Of a DNA stretch of 64,000 nt, positions 11,657-24,672 are shown piece after piece. How positions within the stretch are numbered: position 1 is the stretch's first letter; the number at the start of each line of letters is the position of its first letter. The notes under the pieces were generated by a model that was given only the letters and a program-made list of their open reading frames with translations, was not told where the DNA came from and did no database searches. Source of the DNA: Flectonema sp. DT1601 (taxonomy: Eukaryota); assembly GCA_964019425.1 (NCBI GenBank), contig OZ025781.1, positions 1,488,001 through 1,552,000 of the forward strand, in the 5' to 3' direction. The translations under genes and the position numbers were made by a program.

Positions 11657-12308
11657 ATGGGTGAAATTACTGCATCGCAAGACTGTCGGCTTCTTCTAAA
11701 AGAATATGAATCGAATAATCGGGAGTCTCGTAGAAGAAGTACTGCCGTCATAATTATGGAAGCGGCTACTGAGAGTAGTATTCCTTCAAGGTTAAGACTT
11801 GCCATTGGAATGACGTCAACAACCCAACTACGATGGGGATTATTCTCATCAGCAATAGCTGTTTGGTGTATTGCAACGTATGCGCAATATCATCACTGTG
11901 ATGATGCTATAAACGTGTTTCTTGTTGTTCACGGAATTACAGGAATGCTAATCGTGTTATTGTTGTGCAGGTGTGGTTATATCGTATTAAAAATATCTCC
12001 TTGTTTTTAACAAAAAAAACAAAACAAAACAAAAAACACACAGTTCCCAAGTAATTGACACATCGATTCTACTACACTCCTACTCACCAGGCAATATAGT
12101 GATATCCTGTAGTAGTATTGCCGTACTGGCTGTCATCCGATTCCTTTTTTGGATCCTCGGGAATATTTGGATATGGGCAGCTTCCTTCGAAGGTCAGTGT
12201 GACAATTTCCATCAACACACCAAAGCAATATTGATAGCAAGTTATACATCAATATTTTTGTGTACTCTGACACTGTACTCGGAGATACACGAAGACATTA
12301 TATTATAA
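11657..12308 (+). CDS. small multi-pass membrane protein (TMEM272-like 'WxxGNxWI' pattern); exons 11657-11970, 12044-12308
   Basis: Intron 11971-12043 (GTGTGG...CACACAG) joins ORFs 11657 and 12099 in frame. About 4 hydrophobic helices and FLFWILGNIWIW...C motif. Confidence 0.8.
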
Positions 12309-12470
12309 GATAAAAAAATACTTTTTATGTTCTATTTACACTTTTATGTCACAGTGACTCTTTACTGTTTTGATGTGGTAAATCTGTTTTCACGGATTCA
12401 CTTTAGAAATATTTTTGATTTTGAATTGAGATTAAACAAAGCATCTTATTCACATAGGTACACTACAGTA

Positions 12471-13790
12471 ATGTCAAAACTGCAATTAGCTCATGGATTT
12501 GAGCTTGGAAAACGAGCAGTAGCTGAAGAACAGCGCGCTGACGAACTTCAAAAGGGATGGCTCAAAAGCAGCGACAGAGACATCGCGAAGATGAAGGCTG
12601 CTTACAAGAAATGTTACACAACATACATGGAATGTCTTGAAAATTTTAATACAGTCCGAAACAACGGAGCTTCCGACCCAGCAATGATGGCATTCTGCGC
12701 TGAACAGATGCAAATATACATGTCTAAGTGTGAGAATGTTAAAGAAAAAGAAAACAATATCCTCCTTCCACCTAACAACCCAATTCCTCAGAAAGATGGA
12801 TACGTATTTGGTGAAATAGTTTTTGAACGAAGACCAGAACATAAAGTTAAACCGAAAGAAGTTGTTTCGTATGAGGGACCAATAGGAGAAGGTCCATACT
12901 GTATTAATGTTAAATATTTAGATAATCCTTCCGTAACAAGCTCAACTGTCTTAGTTCAAGTGTTGGTGGAAACACGTCGAGGGGCTACACAGAAATGGGT
13001 GAAACACCTTCCTTCATTCACCCAATGGAGTCGTAATGTTGGTGTCGCTCGAATTGATTCGCCTGCCCGTTTAAGAGTAAGTGTTAGTTCTAATAGTTGG
13101 TTGAGAAATCTACAGCTTCATGTTACCATTCAAGAATTAGTTGAGGCAAATGATCCATTGAGAGATATTATCGCCCCACCACTACCTCCGTACTCTATGC
13201 AACCACAACCTGCCGCACCACCGCTTAATGAAGATTTGCTTCGGTTTGAACCTCCTCAGGATGCTCCTGCCCCAGCTCCTATCACCGTTGAAGATATCGA
13301 AGCTTTGACTGTGACACCTGCGGAGGGTCCTTCTTGGGATGATACCTTCAAAGAGATTGAAAGAAAAAAACATTCTCCGAACCCTGGAGATCTCGGACCT
13401 CCTCCTGTTGTTGATATTACAGATATTTTTAACCAACCTTCGGTTCCTCCTTCAGCTCCAATTCCTCCTCCAGCTGCTCCTCTTCCCAATACCACACCAC
13501 TAGCTGCCTTAATTAGAGCCACTGGAGAGGCTGAAGGAACTGGGTCACCTGTTCCGATGCATTCTGTTTGTCCACAAAGGTTTGTATTAGTTTTTAGTTT
13601 TAAACAATCAGCAGAGAGTAAATTAAAAAAATAATAAACAAACAGTATGACTGATCTCAGACGTGTTCATGCAAGTTTAGCACAGTGGAAACCTAAATCA
13701 CAAGAAGGTTCTGAGCAAGAAGATGGTTCAGATCTCGCAGAGTTCTTCTCAAAGTTAGCGAGGCCAACAGACATGGATCCTCCTAGTTAG
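12471..13790 (+). CDS. MIT-like domain, proline-rich protein; exons 12471-13579, 13646-13790
   Basis: ATG 12471 follows CACATAG/CTACAG acceptors. N-terminal three-helix pattern (GFELGKRAVAEE...Y...YMSKCENVKEK) resembles MIT domains. Intron GTTTGT...AAACAG keeps the frame open to TAG 13788-13790. Confidence 0.78.
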
Positions 13791-14149
13791 TTAGTGATTG
13801 GATACTAAAGTTGTGAAAATTCCCTAGCAAATATTATTGAAGAAAGGAATATCTGCTGTTTCTTGCCACCAGTTAGAGTCTTATTAGCTTTTTCTGGATT
13901 TTTGGCTTCCCTGGCTTCGACAAATAAATAAATAAGTAATGCTGCTTAACAATTGTATACCAGAATGGGCAAAGCTCCTTTCTAACTTTAAAAAAAAAAA
14001 AGTTATTTTGCATTTTTTTTTGTTTGCTCAATGTTTTTTCATTTTTCGCTCAATTCTGCTCAAATGTGAAATAAAAAAAACGGACCTCTTGTGTGTTTTC
14101 CAAAGCAAAACTATCGTATTGGAAAAATCGACAGGTTTTTTACAACAAT

Positions 14150-15304
14150 ATGCCTCGAGCAGCATCACCAGCACCACCAATTTCAATCGAACATGTGACG
14201 TGCGACAGGGAACGAAGACGAGGCAATCAGATAACTGAAATGCAACAAGACAGAATGATGTTAGAAAAAAAGATGACTATAGACAGACGTTTGATGAATG
14301 CTGAATATGAAAACGGACAACGAGCCAAGAAAAGCTTAATGGCATTTCAAAAGCGTCAAATCAGAGAGAAAGACGTTGGTTTGCGTGCCGAAGCCGAGGC
14401 TCGCATGAGAATACCTTCAACTTCTACAGGTCTTCACATGCCTTCTCATGGTAAGCCACAGCCAGTATTACCTCGTGGAGTTTCATTAAAGACATCTGTT
14501 GAACAAAGTCCAAAGTCACGAAGGGAATACTGCTATCACCCTGACGGTCCGAAACGACCATTTAATGAAAAGAAAGCTTCCTCCATATTCACTCAACCGC
14601 CGCATGAGTTCACTGCCAGAGCAGCACCGCTACCTCCTCCCTACGCAATGCATAATAGAGATTACAGCTCAGTTAGAACTACTGGTAGACGTGCTGTCTC
14701 ACCTTCTCCGACACGTGAAAAGCCTACGAGGAGGTCCAAGTCACTTGACTACAGTCATCACAAAATGATTCCCATCACAGAGACTCTTCAAAGAAAGGCT
14801 GCAAGGCTTACCCAACAGGAGCAGCAGCGATCACTGGAACGTCAAAGAATAGAACGCGATGTTAAGGACATGCACAACAACGAAAGGAGGAGGCAATGGT
14901 CAGAAAGACAACGGCAGTTCTCTCAAAGAAGAGAGTTGGATGTTCAGGTTAAGGAAAAGGCCGCCAGAAATGAAAGGAATCGAATGGAAACAACGAGAAT
15001 TAATGCCATGGCTGTAGCGTATGGAACTCCTTGTGATGAGCAAGTAAGAAGATCAGATGGTTGGGAACACTCACCACCAAGACCTTCAGGTCGAGGTATG
15101 TGGAGGAATGAAGGAGATGTGGTACAAAACCTTCACCGAGAGTATCTAAATGGTCGTTCGATATCTCGCTCACGATCTGTTGACTACACTCCACAACAGT
15201 ATTCGAGTCACAGAACTAGATCTGGTTCTGTGTGTAGTAATGCAAGTAATCAGAGCAGGTCAACAAGTCACTCCATCGCATACGCTAATACCAGGCCCTG
15301 GTAG
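14150..15304 (+). CDS. hypothetical Arg/Gln-rich coiled-coil protein
   Basis: Long ORF; first ATG at 14150 after ACAG at 14131-14134. Confidence 0.8.
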   Translation: MPRAASPAPPISIEHVTCDRERRRGNQITEMQQDRMMLEKKMTIDRRLMNAEYENGQRAKKSLMAFQKRQIREKDVGLRAEAEARMRIPSTSTGLHMPSHGKPQPVLPRGVSLKTSVEQSPKSRREYCYHPDGPKRPFNEKKASSIFTQPPHEFTARAAPLPPPYAMHNRDYSSVRTTGRRAVSPSPTREKPTRRSKSLDYSHHKMIPITETLQRKAARLTQQEQQRSLERQRIERDVKDMHNNERRRQWSERQRQFSQRRELDVQVKEKAARNERNRMETTRINAMAVAYGTPCDEQVRRSDGWEHSPPRPSGRGMWRNEGDVVQNLHREYLNGRSISRSRSVDYTPQQYSSHRTRSGSVCSNASNQSRSTSHSIAYANTRPW

Positions 15305-15599
15305 TGAGATCCTTACCGTTGTATTATAATTATTTTTATTTTAACTTTACCGACTTTTGCTATTCTTGTGTAAGCAAGGCTGGTTATTGTTGCAACTTTG
15401 CCAGCTACCGGTTGCGTACCGTTCTGCTGCACTTGTATTGTATTGTATTGTACCTAAGAAGTTTATGTCATTGAGTACTAACACGTATTAATTCATCTTT
15501 TTATCGCAGTGAATAGTCGAGGGTGTTGTAGACGGAGATTTATTAGTAAAGTGAGAGTAGTGGATAGCAACTAACTAATCACATTCACAGCACAGCAAT

Positions 15600-18344
15600 A
15601 TGTCGGATGATAAAAATGAAGGTTCCGAAGCCGACGTGCCGCTGTTGGCGGCCAAGAAGTTGGATTTCGAGAAAGTTGTTACTGTTCGTTGTCTTAGAGA
15701 GTACATCGAAAAGCAAGGAGACTCCACCCTGTACTACTCTTTATGTATTCCAGAAGTAGCACCTGGAGGCATATCTATTAGTAGGATTATAGCTGTGACT
15801 GAAAATAATTTTTATAAATTTCCTAAGACTGCTGTTGATACCGGCGTGGTACCTGCTAGTAGCAAGTTTCCCCTCAGCCTACTCCGACAGTTGATTATAA
15901 AAGATGAGGAAGGGTCTTCTGTTGAGTTCTGTTTTGAGAAAGGAACTCCACAAGCGGGTTTCTGTTTACAGTTTAGAGAGAGTAGACAAAAGAAAGAATT
16001 TTTGTTAGCAATTTGTCACATTAATCCAAACATTCCAATTACTTCAAAAAGACTTGAAGCAAAAATAGCATCTCAGGGACAAGAAAACGACATCACGTAC
16101 AAAGGACTTGACCCAACTGCTGAAGACAAGCAGCGTGCGGATCCGTTGGCTGCTTTTTTTGAAAGAAAGGAACTTCCTCCAATACCTCCGAAACCTGTTA
16201 TGCCTGATACTAATTCAGAATTATCAGTTTTTAGAGATAGAAGTGTCACTGGAGAACTATCAGAAGATCAGTTAGGAGACATTGTAAGAAATCTCGTATC
16301 TAAAGATATTAGTATCACCTCAAAACCTGAAGCCAGATCCCCAGATTACTACGATGACACTCGTGAGAACGTTGCCGCATCTTATGGAGTCTCAGCTACC
16401 AGAAATACGATTACAGGTGTCCCTCCTCGTCAATCTATAAATATTCTAGATGATGACCTTGGTTCATTACTGTATCCAGATTCTAATAATGAAGTAGAGA
16501 CCACACTCACTACCAATTGTCTTGTTGAAGTCAGAGATTCAGATAGTGAACCTTGGCAGGAAGGTACTGTTCAAAGCATTCAAGTATGTTAACAAGTAAG
16601 TTCTAGACAATACATATCTAATTAACCTGACATAAAACAAAATCAACAGGGAGATCCCCTTCTACGATCTGATAGTGAGAATCCTGGTTTCTTATTACTG
16701 ACTTGCATGGCTACAATTGTGAAGGTGCGTCCTCAAGGGTCAGACAAAGCCTTTTCATGGAGACAGGTATGTTATTGTTCTTCACAAATGTGACGAGGAA
16801 AACGTCCAACTAACGAACGTAAAAATCAACAGATTCGACTCCCTCGAGAAGCAGAACTAGCAAGACGCCATCAAGAACGACAAACAGCAGAAGCATTAGC
16901 AAAGAAAACACTCGAAGAAGAAGAAGAACGAAAGAACATACGACGTATGATTGACAGCATGGAAATGAGACTTCAGCAGGGACTACGAGAACTTTCAGAA
17001 GACAGAGAAGAAACAACACATCGAATAGCCTCTCGTCAGAGGGACAATGATCCAAGAATTAGAGCTCTAAAGGAACAGATGTATAAATTTGATCAAAGCA
17101 CTCGAAGTGAAGATCAGAAAATAAAATCGAAAAGAACTCAGATGCGACAACAGTTTCAGAAAGTAATCGACGACAAGAGAGACGAGCTGTTAATCGAAAA
17201 CAAATTACAAACCAGCGACATGATAACTCCACCACGGAATGTGACAGCAGACATCCAACTGAAAACAGCCGCATCTCGAGTTCTACAAGAACAGGAACGA
17301 CAGCAGCTAGCAGGTGACGGCTCACCGTACTCTGGTGATGCATTACTCGCTGTTCAAAGACAAGACTTCGCTGATGTTCAAAAACAACTTGACGCTCTTA
17401 CAGACAGCTACATCGGTAAGCACCTTCCAGATGATAAACTTTTGTTGGGTAAAACTGCTTACGACCAATACAAAAGATGGAGGAGTACTGGTGGTCTACT
17501 CAGCTCTGAAGGTGTCTGGACTGATAGAGATACTCGTCAGTTACTTCAACAACTAAAAACTGTTCATTCTGAAATGATTAGATCTGGTGCTAAGGAAGCC
17601 AGCGTCGCCCGAGTCCAACGCATCATCGGCAACCTCGACCGCGAACGCCGAATCATCGCCAACAAGAATGCTCCAACACGTGAACACTACAGTCCCTCAC
17701 CTCGAAGACAAACAATACCTGTTCCCTTTAAGCTCTCAAAAGGTTCAAAACCACTTTCTAGTATCTCAGCGGAAGATTTCAAGCGAGAGCTCAGTAAGGA
17801 AGCCAAGGAATCACAACGAATTCTAAATTCTATTCGAGCTACTTGCAGGAGGTCACCGAAAAGCAGCAGCGTTAAGAGAAGTGGAAGCTCTAAAGAGAGA
17901 CCTGAGGCACCGAGAGAACCCAGTCATGTGGATGCAACACCACCGTCTGTTAAGGAAATTGATAGGGAAATAGTGCAACAGCAACAACAACAAGTTGTTG
18001 AAGTACCAAAGTTAAGTGAAGTAGAGGAACGCCAGCCTGAAGAAGATAACCAGCCTGAGGAAGACGAGCAGCCTCAAGAGGATGACCAGCGTGAAGATGA
18101 TCAGCAGTCGGTAAAGTCAGATCCGCCTCAAGAGATTGAGAATGAGGATTCTAAATCCAATACTTCAGCAGCAGCACCCGAAGACACGCAACAACCTGAA
18201 CAAGAACAAGAACAAGAACAAGAACCACTACCTGACATCACTGTCACGGGTGATAACGATATTGATGCTGAACCCGATGCTGATCAACAAGAACCCGAAC
18301 CTGAACCTGAACAAGAAGAACAACAAGATGAAGAAATAGCTTGA
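15600..18344 (+). CDS. multi-domain protein (possible PH-like N-terminus, 'VEVRDxxxxxW' Tudor/Agenet-like module, coiled coil, acidic tail); exons 15600-16583, 16650-16766, 16833-18344
   Basis: Two 66-nt GTATGT...CAACAG introns (CTAAC at 16810 in the second) join ORFs 15600 and 16947. Spliced product reads VEVRDSDSEPWQEGTVQSIQ|GDP...VRPQGSDKAFSWRQ|IRLP. Confidence 0.82.
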
Positions 18345-18626
18345 GACCTCATCAGATGGGGAACAAAAAAAAAAAAAAAACGAACGATCCCGAGGCCACA
18401 CAGTTGTACCTCACTCATGTTCGAGATCTGATATTTTGTATTGTACTTTGGAAGTTTAGTCTTTTCCTCCTCTCGATTGTTATGATTCTACAGACGTTGT
18501 TTATATTCTATTCTTTAATCAGGTCTTACACAACGTTAGTCTTATCTCTGCTTTACTGACTGATAGTTAATCTTTTTCTAACTAACTAACTAACTTTTTT
18601 ATATTATTTATTTACAGACCCACAAA

Positions 18627-20367
18627 ATGTATTGTTGGGTCGTTATACTGCTCACGGTACTATCTCTTTCTGAAGGAGAGTCCGTGAAGGGTAGTTGGGG
18701 AAATGTTCTTGGGAATGAGGAGCCTATCGACCTACCATCAGAAGTTGAAGAATTCATGTTAGAAAGTATCAACGAACACTGGGCACGCGACAGACGTGTT
18801 AGTCATGTGAGTGAAATGCGTGTAAAGGAAATCTTGTCTTCAACAAGACAAATAATGACATTTACGAAAGATGGGAAGAAACCTCTAAAGTTAAAAATGA
18901 GAACGTGGGATGGGGAAACATCAGTTCAGCCACTCCTACTTGGTGCGAGATATGATATTAATGTTTTGATTAATCACGTGGCGGAACCTCCAACTGCTAC
19001 AACTGAAGTTGAAAAAGAAGCATCAATTGCTTTTAAAACAACAAAACACCACATAACAATTCAAGGAGATCGTGAAGGACTTTTCTCAATGGTTTTGCAT
19101 ACATGGCAACCTGTTGGATTAGAAAGTTGGGAATCACCAAAGTACAGCAATTGGACTCCAGTGTTATCAAATTGGTATGGACTAGCTGAGCCTCCAATTC
19201 ACAGTAAGAAATATGCGGCTGATAATTTTCTTCCACTTCGGTTAGTTTGTTATAATATATGGAACTTTAATAACCCATGGGGACGTAGAGTTGAACTGCT
19301 AACCAGGAAGATCAAAGACGGTCCACCTCCTGACATCATAGCCTTCCAAGAGGTCAGATATGATAATGCTGGTGATCAGTTGGGACCTGAAAACACTCGT
19401 CATCAAGTTGATCATCTTCTGTGGAGGATGGAATCTGTTGGTTTATATCAAGTGATATGGATACCTGCAATGTCTTATATTCAAGATGATAAAGCATTAG
19501 CATTCCAGACTGAAGGTCCAGCTATTTTCACTCGTCTTCCTGTTACCCGAGTTGAAGCATTGCAACTAACCAGATTTTGGCCTGAGGACTCTGGTGATGA
19601 GCATCAGAGAGTATGTTTATTTTTATCACAGGTTACGTTCTTAAATTGATTGAAAACAAAACAAAAAACAGCTTTGCCTCAGTGCGACCGTTGAGACTGA
19701 ACAACTCGGAAAAGTCAACGTTCTCACATCACATCTCACTCTTTCTGATGATGCGCGTCTTAACAATGCTTATGAGATATGTCAGTTTGCTAGAGAGATG
19801 GAAACCAAAGATGGAGGTGGTAAGGTTTGCTTGTTTGCTACGTATTTCTCTTTTTAAACAGTCCGTCTCAATCTTGTTAACAATCACCACACAACAAACA
19901 CTAGATTACTATTTTTACTGGTGATCTTAACATGATACCAAGTGATAACGCAATGAAATATTTATTAGGTGAATTCGAGCACAAAGGCGACAAGTGTGAT
20001 TTCAAAGATGTCTGGCTACTACCAGGAACACGAACACACGAGCTTGATGGTGAAGCCGCAGAAAAGGGATTCACATTTAATAATTTAAATGCTAAATTAG
20101 AGAAGAGAATCGACTTTGTTCTTGTCAGAGGTGATGTTGATATTAATTCCTTTGAGTTGATGGAGGTCATCGGAGCGAAGTCAAAGTCACCGGTATGTTT
20201 TCATAAGGTTTTTATTTATTTTTACAATGTCGTGACAACCTTTACTAAAACAGGATGAATTACCCCCGAGTGATCACATGGGTCTCAGCGTGTTAGTTAA
20301 TCACAAGGATTTCAAGCACGAAGACAACACTGTCGCAGACGACACCACAGCGAAGGATGAGCTTTAA
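18627..20367 (+). CDS. endonuclease/exonuclease/phosphatase (EEP) family hydrolase with signal peptide and C-terminal KDEL; exons 18627-19610, 19672-19824, 19905-20192, 20254-20367
   Basis: Splicing three phase-0 introns assembles the EEP motifs YNIW, DIIAFQEV, TSHL, TGDLN, RIDFVL, PSDH. N-terminus MYCWVVILLTVLSLSEG; C-terminus ...TAKDEL*. Confidence 0.9.
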
Positions 20368-20616
20368 TCTCAGCAGTGGTTTTTGCGGCATGAACGACGA
20401 GTTATCGACGATTTCGTGGATTAGCAAACACTTTATTTTTCTAATTTCAGTGACGTACATAATTTATATGGCTGTGATGAAGTTTTTTACTTGTTTTTTT
20501 TTTTTGTTAAGTCACCAAACTCCTCCTTTATATATAATTCTATTTTCGAGTTATCCCTAACAACAGCAACAACCAAAAAAAAAAAAAAAAAAAAAGAATA
20601 AGAAAAAAAAAACAAA

Positions 20617-21231
20617 ATGGCGTTTCGCATTGCTCTTTGCGGTACGATCACACAACGAACGGGTACTGAAGAAGCGTATTGGTACATTGTGTTTAATACG
20701 GAAATGAATGGTATGAATATGGAAGCAAAAATTAAAGAAACAGAAGGATGTGCAGCAATCATGTGGAGGGATGGAATGAATACGTACACTGGATCTATTG
20801 CATCATTATGGAATGGTCCATCACCATGTAGAGGACTATTTCATCATGATAGTGATGGTGGTCCTCAATTGAATGTTCCAAGAGGAACTTTCAACTTAAC
20901 AGCAACAAAAATTGAGAATGGAGGTCGCTGCATCATATTCGACGGCAGCTACAGTGACGATACCGTTAGCGGATCACACTTCTCAACAGCAGTCGTTTTG
21001 GATTCGAATAAAAATCCGACCAGCTGTGAAGGATCTTGGGACGAGTCAAGCAATACCCTAACTCTTCAATATAATAAAAACAGATTGTTAATTGGTAAAT
21101 GGTCTACTTCATCGAGTCAAGTTGATAAATATTGTGGTGTTTTTTATAACAAGAAATCAGACAAATTTAACACCCAAGGCTGTCCCGATGGAACTTTTTT
21201 GCTCTACCCTACTGAGCTTGATGAAAACTAA
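20617..21231 (+). CDS. hypothetical protein (204 aa, beta-rich)
   Basis: ATG-started ORF with coding-like composition; no recognised domain. Confidence 0.75.
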   Translation: MAFRIALCGTITQRTGTEEAYWYIVFNTEMNGMNMEAKIKETEGCAAIMWRDGMNTYTGSIASLWNGPSPCRGLFHHDSDGGPQLNVPRGTFNLTATKIENGGRCIIFDGSYSDDTVSGSHFSTAVVLDSNKNPTSCEGSWDESSNTLTLQYNKNRLLIGKWSTSSSQVDKYCGVFYNKKSDKFNTQGCPDGTFLLYPTELDEN

Positions 21232-21551
21232 AATGAGCTTCGTTACTATTCTTTCATGTTTCTCATCGATCGCAGGTCGTTTACTCACCTGCTGGAGTTA
21301 TGTTCTCATTTGTTGTAGTTTTTTTTTTTTCCAACATATATTTTAGATTATTTTTTTTTTCCCTCCTTTTTTTTTTTTGCCTCTTTTGAAGGGCAAATCA
21401 CTAAAAAGAAAAAAAAATGAAAGAAAAGAAAAAAAAATGAATGAAAAAAAAAAAAAAAAAAAAGGCAGTAGTGGAATTTCATACTTATATCGTGAGGAGT
21501 TATTATTAAGAAATTATTTTAATCATTTCAGGAAGAGGGGATTTCTTTCCA

Positions 21552-23792
21552 ATGTCGAACCTAATTGAATTACAACCGATGCCTTTGCCATCGGAATACT
21601 CAAAAGCATTCGTTGCTTTGAAGAATGTCGATATTTACTACATCGGGTCAGTTGGTAAAATAAGTCAAAAAGGACAAGTTAAGAACAGAGTCCTCGTCAT
21701 AGTAAGTGAGCAACTATTTAGTTGCTATCCAAATGGAGGAATAACAACACCTATTAGGCTAACAGAGATGAAGGGATTGTTGGTAAAAAAAAGTGACATA
21801 GTAGTCAGAACTCACGGTGAAGATCTCTGGCTACGATTCCCTAATGAGCAGATAAGTAATAAGATTGTCAGAATTTTGCAAGGATTGTACTACAGAGGGA
21901 CGATGTCAGATTTACCTTATACAATCGTACCTGCGGCAACAAGGATGTCTAGTCATGGGATTCACTTTCAAGGAATGAAAGAAGCGATATACATGGATCC
22001 AATAACACAACCAGAGCCATCACTAGAGAGAGGATATCCTCCTCCACCGAGTTCAGTAGCATCTTCCGAAGCAGAAGTTAGGCATGCTGCTCGTGGTGCT
22101 GTTGCTGCCCCAAGGACGGGTCAAATTCAACAATACAGTTCAACATCATCCATTCCACCTCCTCCTCCTCCACATGAAGAATTCCCCGACTGCACTGACA
22201 GTACGACTGGTTTGATAACTGAAGGAGCTATCAACAGTACTTCTGGTACTCATGAGTTCCCAGTCATTGAGATGGTTCAACCAAAAGCTGGTGAAATAAC
22301 TCACGGGACTGTAACCCTGTCACAGGATCAACTTAACGCTCAGGGTGGTCCCATTAAAATTAATCTTCAGATTCAAGGAGGAACAATCGGAAGTACTAAT
22401 GGTGAAGGAAGTAGTACAGTTTTTAGTGTTCAGGCTGGTGATGATAATAATGTTGTTGTAGAGCCAACTCTTCAACAGCCGAGTGCCACTCTTACTCCAC
22501 ACGTGACGCCGATGCAAAATCCGACTTCTGTTGCGGCTCCTGTTTCTCAGCAGCCAGCTTCGATTGCATCGTCACCTGCAGCAGCTCCACAACCACAGCA
22601 TTCTGTTGTTTCTCAACAAGCTGTAACTCAACCTGTTGTATCTCAACCTGTACAGCAATCTATACACTCATCACAGCCACATCATGTTGCTAATCAAACA
22701 TCTCAACCTCCACGTTCAGTTCTCAGAGCATCTGAGTCTTCTTCAGTCACCAAAGCTGCTCCAAAACCTGAACATGCGACACCTCCACAACCACATCGAA
22801 CACAGCCAGCTCTTCAAACGGTAACATCACAAACATCACAACCTTCAGTACCTCAACAAGAAGTAATCGCTTCTCCAGGAGGTCGTGTACTTCATCATCA
22901 ACAACAACCACTCGATGAATCACCAACTTGGAATCTCGGGATGCTCGTTGACGTAGAAGTCCCAACACCATCAGGAGTACCTCAAAGGGTTCAAGTACCT
23001 GAAGCATGTGTGGGAAATGTTAAAGATTTAATTGATCAAATACATGAAACTCAAAGTCAGATTAGAAAGAAAGATGGTCAGCTATCAGCTGTACTAAATC
23101 TTTCACAGAAAACATCATCCGTCAAGAAAGATGAAAACGACGGAACTATAAACGAACTGCTTCAGAGAATACGAGACACGGAAACAGAGTTAATGAGAGT
23201 AAGAGATGAATTACAAACTACGAAGTCAAAATTAGTGACAGAGAAGGAGCAGCATTTGAGTGAGTTGGCAGACTTCTCAGTACCTCCGGTAGTTCAGCAT
23301 GTGCATCCTCTGCAACCACCACAGCCTCAGATTATACCGGCAGTGCCGTTCTCTCCTGGTGCGCGACTTGACAGCAGTCGGATTAGTCCGCACCGATACT
23401 ATGAACATCCCTCTCACCCTCCTGCTACTCACAGCACTCCTTCTCGTTCTAAGAAACCAGGTAGGCAGTACTCTCACAGTCCTGTTAGAGGATCTGATGG
23501 GGTATGTTATTAATTCTTGTTGTTGAATACTTTTTAATTGGTTTCAATAATTTAATATTTAAAAACAGGAAAGTGACTGGGCAATGATGTCACGTATTTG
23601 TCAGGACATCTCTCAGAGACTTGACAGTACAAAGATAGTTCAGGTTTGTAGATATTCTTATTCAGAGAGTTGATATTGTGTTTATGAGAAATAATAATTA
23701 TAAAACAAAAATAGTCACCACATGCCACCGAGGTAAAGGCTCGTCTGAATACGCAATTCTCTCCACTTCCGAACTTGTCTCCGAGAGTGTGA
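21552..23792 (+). CDS. protein with N-terminal PH-like domain, Pro/Gln/Ser-rich middle and coiled coil; exons 21552-23501, 23569-23643, 23715-23792
   Basis: N-terminal VGKISQKGQVKNRVLVIVSEQLF pattern. Two phase-0 introns (GTATGT...AAACAG, GTTTGT...AAATAG) extend the frame to TGA 23790-23792. Confidence 0.82.
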
Positions 23793-23921
23793 TGAACTAA
23801 GTTTGGAGTCCTTTTGCCGTATTGAAACACATAGTCGTTGCCTTTTTGTATTTGACTGTAAATTCTAAGTTCTAATTCATTAGAGAGGTGGGGACTGTAT
23901 TGATCGTGGTGGCTGGTTAGC

Positions 23922-23971
23922 AAAAGGGGGAAAATAGCAAGATGCTCCGATCTTTCTATTTTCCCCCTTTT
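23922..23971. repeat. inverted repeat / hairpin (16 + 5 bp stem, 1 mismatch, 6-nt loop)
   Basis: aaaagggggaaaatag-c-aagat-gctccg-atctt-t-ctattttccccctttt. Confidence 0.85.
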
Positions 23972-24672
23972 TTTTTTTGTTTTTTTTTAAATTCTGTCAA
24001 CCCGAATCAACAATACCAAATACACGTCATATATTCTGTGTTGGCTTTTATTGGGTAACCCCACTTAGAACTTTTTCTTGCTTTTAATGGAGGCTCTTCT
24101 GGTAGAGTGCTCTGTCACGGTAAAGAGGAGGTAACCATATTTGGTATTGAATAATAATGCAGTTTTAGAACTATTTTACGCGAGTATTTCCCTACCTTAT
24201 TTGGGGAAAAGGGTGTCTTTTGTTTTGCTCCTTGTTCTTTTTTTTTCTCTTTCTAGTTGTCTTCTTGTTTTGTTTTTTTTAATTGCGTTGCTGAATTGTT
24301 TGTACTCAACAGCCATGGCGCATTCCCTTCTCTCTCCCATCCCATTTGTTTGTTGGTTAGGAGTAATTCTGTATATCAAAGAGAGAGAAGAGCCAATTGT
24401 TTTCTTTTTATTTGCTACATTCCTAGTCTTTGTTGTTTTGTATCTCATCCAAACTTTTGTATTGTCTGACAATGTTAAATGCACGATGCGTTTACTCGTA
24501 TGTTTTATTGTCTTGAGTCTCTTGTCCACAAAAAATCATTTAAAACTATTCTTCAGATTGTATTAAACACTATATGGGAGTTGATTATTTAGGTTTTCTT
24601 TTTTGAGTTTTGATTTTTCTTTTAAAAAGAACTTATCCAACATCTCTATCTCTCTTAAGGTAACTGAATGGA

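Noticed and set aside
12327..12470. Upstream extensions of ORF-track starts (12327, 14093, 26616, 31838, 53884, 60300)
   Set aside because: They run through AT-rich spacer and across putative acceptor AGs; downstream ATGs were used instead.
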